Shown one piece after another: positions 59,036 through 64,000 of a DNA stretch of 64,000 nucleotides. The stretch spans positions 62,001 to 126,000 of the forward strand of contig NIVC01002334.1 of assembly GCA_002269645.1 (NCBI GenBank), read 5' to 3'. Under the pieces are notes generated by a model. It searched no databases. It worked only from the letters and a program-made list of their open reading frames with translations, and was not told the origin of the DNA. Each line of letters starts with the position of its first letter. Position 1 is the first letter of the stretch. The stretch is from Macrostomum lignano. Lineage: Eukaryota. Both the position numbers and the translations under genes were made by a program.

Positions 59036-62000
59036 ATGAATCTGCTCCCGGAGCTGAAGAGCGCCGCCATGGACGGCAGAGTCGGCAAGGTGCGGCAGTT
59101 TCTACAGAGCAGCGTCAGTCCGGACGTCGCTGACGACCGGCAGCGGACGGCGCTGCACTGGGCAGCCGAGCGAGGCCAGTCCAGGGTGGCGAGGCTTCTC
59201 ATCGAGGCCGGAGCTCAGCTGGACGCTCAGGACAGCAGCGGGGCGACCGCTCTGCACCTGGCCTCGATGCACGGTCACCGGGATGCGGTCCGGCTGCTGC
59301 TCGAGTCCGAGGCCGACACCAGCCTGGTGACGAAGTCCAGCTCCTCGGCGCTGCACCTCGCCTCGCGGAACGGCCACCTCGAAGTCGTGCAGCTGCTGAG
59401 CAGGCAGGCCGACTGCGATCAGCAGCTCGAAGACGGAGACTCGCCGGTGCACCTGGCTGCTCAGCTCAGGCAGCAGCTCGTGCTCGCTGCTCTGCTGCTG
59501 GCAGCCGCGGATCCGAGCGCCAGGAATGCTTGCGGCCAGACCCCGCTGCACTCCGCGGCTCTCCACGGCCAGCGGGCCGCCATTGAGCTGCTCGTCCGGG
59601 CGGGAGTCGCCGCCGACTCGCTGGCAAGCGATGGGTCGACGCCGCTGCACGCCGCGGCAGCAATGGGGCACGAGGCCACCTCCCAGACTCTGCTGCAGCT
59701 CGGCTGCGGGCTCGTCGACCTCAACAAGGACGGGCTCAGCCCCGCTGCCATCGCCTGTTGCTTCGGGCATCGCGAGGTCTTGCATCTGCTGCTCAAGCAA
59801 GTGACTCACGCCAGAGAGCTCGGAATCCGGCACGAAGAAACCAACGAAAGGCTGCAGCGATTCAAGAATTCGCTTGTTCCTGCAGCTCAGTCTCGCGGAA
59901 CGTTTTTGCACGAAGAGCGGTAAGCGTTTGTGATGTCAGTAATGAAACGGTCTAAACGTATGTTACATAAGTACAGAAAAAGGATATTTTGTTGCCAACT
60001 GATATCTCGACAGCTTGATATGTACCTGATATTCGAAACATCCCTCTTGCTAGTAACACATCTCACAATCATCCGTTAACACTATTAATTATTGTACCTT
60101 GCATCTGGAATCGTGGCTCTAGGCTACTTGGTGTGACGAAGTTGTAGGCCTACTTTTCTTTTGCTAATGTTGATGAGTTGTGTAGCGGTCTATCAGGATT
60201 TACAACTTTAACATTTATGAATAAGTAGTAGTACGCTCGTAAACTTGGCGAATTACAGGGAGCTGTCGAAATACTGTTGAACACGAGTATTCAATATATT
60301 TATCTATTAAGTACGCTCGTATTAGGGCCAGCACAAATCCAAGAGCGACGAGCGACAAAACCAGACCACCAGCTTGGAGGCGAAATTCAAAACGTTTTTA
60401 TAGTAATTTGAAATTGGAGTATAAAGATTTAAACAAAAGAGAGTAAACTTAATCTGCTTAACGTGTCAAGCAATACGTGCAGATGTACAATTAAATAGAA
60501 TAATCAAATACCAATAATTACTTTGTAAAGACTTTCACAACGACGGCGGCACACGAAACGATCTACAAAAGCTCAAACCGTCACATATTGGTATATTCTT
60601 CTGCAGTCGGGATGCATGATATCGGTATAACACGCGAGCGCCGGTAGGCGCGAGTCGTGTTATTCCAATATCATGCATCCCGACTGCAGAAAAGTGCATT
60701 GACTAGTGTTTCCAAATAGGCTAGTTGTTTATGATCGAGAAAGACAACGCAGTCTCAGTAGAATCTGTCTAGTTCAATTTTGTTATGTCATTTATCTCTC
60801 TCCCTCGCTGCCTTCTGATTGGCTCTCAGTTCTCGCCTCTTTCCTCGGTTGCGGACTCCACCCCACCCCCTGTCTTATCTTACACCCACTCCAGTATATT
60901 TGAATAAATATACCCGTTTAGGCCCTGCGCTTCGCTATCGTTTTTTTCCGAAGCCTCTCCAAGGCCAATCTTTAAAACCGTACCGTTTCTCCGAGAAGAC
61001 CGCTCGAGGATATCGATTCCTTCAAGAATTTATGAAGAAACTTAGTGCGAGGGCCGGTCTAAGCAAGGTCTACACTAATCACTGTATTAGGTAAGTAAAT
61101 TTCGTTTTCCGATATGGTATATAAATAGTATATAAATAGTATATTTATAAATAATAGTTTTAACTAGTTCATGTAAAATTACTTTCCTTTGATTCTCCCA
61201 CAGAGTCACTAGAGTGTGCGATCTAGACGCCGCTGGCCATTCGCTGCAAGACATAATGCTTATTACCGGTCAGAAATGTGAGAAGACGGTCAAAAGGTAT
61301 TTAACCAGGTGCCGGGACCGCAGTCTGTTCAGGAGTTCCAAGGCAGTGAACTGTGCACTAAGCCGGCATATTCCAAGCACAAGCACAATGCCGTCCAATG
61401 AGGCGTCTTTCTCTGCTAATGCGAGCGGCTCTATCAGTTCTACTGTCTGCACGCAAGTGATGACGGATCACCAGTTGCAATGCCACCCCACAATCAATTG
61501 ACGAGCCGGTTCCTCGGCCAGTTCATATCGAGGCCTGTACGTCCGACCAAGAATATGCGTGTTTGCATTGACGGCAACAACAATTTTATTAACACTGTGT
61601 TTGAGTAGGGCGTATCTATCAAAAATACTAATTCTTCGAGAGAAACTATGGCTTTAGACATTTCCCCCTCATTTTCATGCTATAAGTAGTTGTTGTTTAT
61701 AATTTACAATTATAAACCGTATAAATAAAAAATTAATCATCTAATAATTAATATTTGGGTCATCTAAAAACTCGTTAAACTAATGTTTTTTTCTATGGAC
61801 AATAGCACGCATCCCGCGTGCGTGTTAATGGGTAGCGAAATGCTTGTCAATGGATTTATTTTTGTTTCACCCTTTCTGAATACTGCATGGTTTGATTTGG
61901 CAGTCTGTGACGTACGCAGTCACGGTAAGCTTTATTACGTACTTCGATTTAAATATATTCAAATCATGCTTGCGTTGACAAAGATTGTATTGCCCTTGAA

Positions 62001-64000
62001 ACCATTCATTCAAGCTCCTCTCACGGCCAACTGACGTACATACGGTGGGTCCCGTATGTCTAAGTAGTGATATAAGTGAAGTAGTGATTTAGTATCATTC
62101 GTAATCAATATGACTAAATCACTGCAAATCCCTATATTTAGTCACTTGGTCTGTTACGAGGGGTGATCAAAAAGTTCTGCAAGTGACCTCACAACTCTGT
62201 GCTACAGCAGCCGAGGCGTCTAATCAGTGTCACATTCCCTTAAAGTAGTTTCCACCACTATCTATGCACCGTCGCATCCGTGTGCACCATGTCTGAAAGC
62301 AGTCATGGTACTCCAAAGTTGGTATACCCTGTAGAGCTGAATTTACCGCTTGGGCAAAGTCTTGCATGCGTGAAAACGGCCTCCCAGAAATGACGGATTT
62401 GATCCTCGGAACAGCCAAAAGTCGGAAGGTGCTAGGTCTAGAGAGTAGGGTGAATGGGGCAGCAGCTGGACCCCCTGCTGCTCCAGGTACGCCATGGTTG
62501 AGGCCGCTCTGTGCGGTGCCGCATTGTCATGGTGCAGCAGGAGTCGAGGTCCATGCTTGGTTCGCGCACGTTCCTGCCGCTCCTGCAGCACGCCTGGCAG
62601 AACAGTGTCTGTGTAGTACCTGGCAGTCACTGTGGCACCCGCTGGAAGGATGTTCACCGATACAACACCCTGAGAGTTGAAAAAAATGGTGAACATCCGC
62701 TTCCGACTGCGGAATCCGGTCTTCAGCACCTCAGGCCTTGGCTCATCTTCTGCCAGCCAGACCATGTTGGACTGCTTATCCCTCATGGTAAAGAAGGAGA
62801 TACAACATTTGTCTCCTGTGATGACATCTGACAGTTGTCGTGGGCCGTGGGGCTCAAACATTTGCAGCCACAAGCGACAGATGCGCACCCTCTCTGCTTG
62901 CTGCTCCGGAGTGAGAAGATGGGGTACCCACCGAGCGCAGGTCTTTGTGCGGCCTAGTTGCTCATGCATGATGTTATGAGCACTTCCATAGCTGACACCA
63001 AGCTCATAGGCAATGAATCTTAGCAAAAAGCTCCAATCCTCATGAATTATTGCATCGGCATGGGCCACGACATCTTCGGTCACGGATGTCCGGGGTCGGC
63101 CAGACCTTGGTTCATCGTTGAAGCTGTCCCAGCCTTCCAAGAAATGGCGCAGCCAGCAGGCAACTGTGTCAAATGATGGAGCAGAGTCAGCTAAAACATT
63201 CACAAAACATGGTGTGAATCTCTGTCACTTTGCAACCAAGTTGCATGCACATAAAGATATAGCAAACAGATATAGCCGCATATGTGTAAGTTTTTGGCTT
63301 TTGCTGATTCTATAACTAAAAGCTATAACAAAAGGTTGCAGAACTTTTTGATCACCCCTCGTACTAATACAGTCCCAAAATTGTATTACTTTCATTATTG
63401 ATAATTAATTGCCAATGATATGAAGCTGACAGAACCACTGTAACTCAACAAAAATTTCAGTGAGCAGCCCGACTCAAACAGCCTGCGCGAGGTCCTCATC
63501 GATATGGATGCTGTGGCAGATGAACCAGACGAGCACAAGAGCGCTCAGCTGCACATAGCCCTGAAGGAGTCCGGGTTTGAGCTGAATCGTGTGAAACTGC
63601 AATCCGCATGTTCTGATGTCCTGCAGCGCATCACTAGAAACCGCCTCGACGCTCAGGAGTACAATGACTGCGAAGTGTATATCGTCGGGAGCTTCAGTGA
63701 AGGCTGGTCCAACAGTCTGGTTCGGTTGGATGGCCAAACCGACGCAGACTCCGACATCGACGTCTGCTTCGTTGCGAGAGGGATGCTTTTTCATCTCAAA
63801 GGCTGCTGCAGCTGCATCAACTGCAGATTCGATGAAGAACGACATAGGGCAGTTGAATATGAAGACGGGCACATTAAGTGGCCTGGATCGCGGAAGAGGA
63901 TATTGGCTGGAATCTGTGATTTTCATTTTCACTTGTGTACCCTCATTTGCATAATTTTCCTAAAAGCTCACCCACTAACAATTTCGCCCCAAACAGCCTC
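59036..64000 (+). CDS. Ankyrin-repeat protein fused to a predicted cGAS-like/Mab-21-type nucleotidyltransferase; exons 59036-59919 and 63461-(>63870), continues beyond the window
   Basis: Exon 1 has 7-8 ankyrin repeats and ends CG|GTAAGC (phase 2). TTTCAG|T at 63460 resumes in phase into an open frame with YIVGSFSEGWSNSLVRLDGQTDADSDIDVCFV. Confidence 0.72.
60599..60691. repeat. 93-bp near-perfect palindrome
   Basis: 24-bp perfect outer stem TTCTGCAGTCGGGATGCATGATAT, an 11-bp middle stem with one mismatch, and a GCGCC-GGTA-GGCGC cap. Confidence 0.95.
60895..61501 (+). pseudogene. Crypton-like (DUF3504-type) tyrosine recombinase C-terminal fragment; exons 60895-61090 and 61204-61501
   Basis: YLNKYTRL...RFFPKPL...GYRFLQEFMKKLSARAGLSKVYTNHCIR|VTRVCDLDAAGHSLQDIMLITGQKCEKTVKRY carries H-x-x-R and the catalytic Tyr, joined across a GTAAGT...CCCACAG intron in phase. 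The N-terminal part was not found. Confidence 0.72.
62157..63361 (-). mobile_element. Mariner transposon, defective transposase
   Basis: TA flanks; perfect 26-bp TIRs CGAGGGGTGATCAAAAAGTTCTGCAA; RWVPHLL, VITGDK, HHDNAAPH and PYSLDLAPSDF motifs; frameshift near 62400 and an eroded N-terminus. Confidence 0.93.

Noticed and set aside
59102-59911. 269-aa antisense ORF (and similar antisense or alternate-frame ORFs over the espin, GPCR, FLOT2, LINE and mariner coding regions)
   Set aside because: These are shadow ORFs of GC-rich coding sequence with no recognisable domains.

Overview
Eukaryotic (animal) genomic DNA with spliceosomal introns, GC-rich exons and AT-rich spacers. The style and gene families suggest a free-living flatworm such as Macrostomum, but that is my inference. 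I assembled eight multi-exon genes by hand from splice sites and phase: the 3' part of an ephexin-type RhoGEF (+), an espin/forked-like gene (-), an atypical class A GPCR (+), a co-oriented trio B3GNTL1/QTGAL - flavin monooxygenase - L2HGDH (-, candidate operon), flotillin-2 (+), and an ankyrin-repeat protein (+) whose next in-phase exon carries a cGAS-like/Mab-21-type nucleotidyltransferase motif and runs off the window end. Mobile DNA includes a full-length LOA-like LINE with a 13-bp TSD inserted into a CORE-SINE, a second CORE-SINE, two mariners, several MITEs (one nested), three Helitron-like 3' ends and an intron-containing Crypton-like tyrosine recombinase fragment. Many introns are filled almost end to end by about 20-23-bp minisatellites. 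The top lead is the ankyrin + nucleotidyltransferase fusion at 59036-64000, which is absent from the ORF track because that frame has no stop inside the window. All family assignments come from motif recognition, not database searches.
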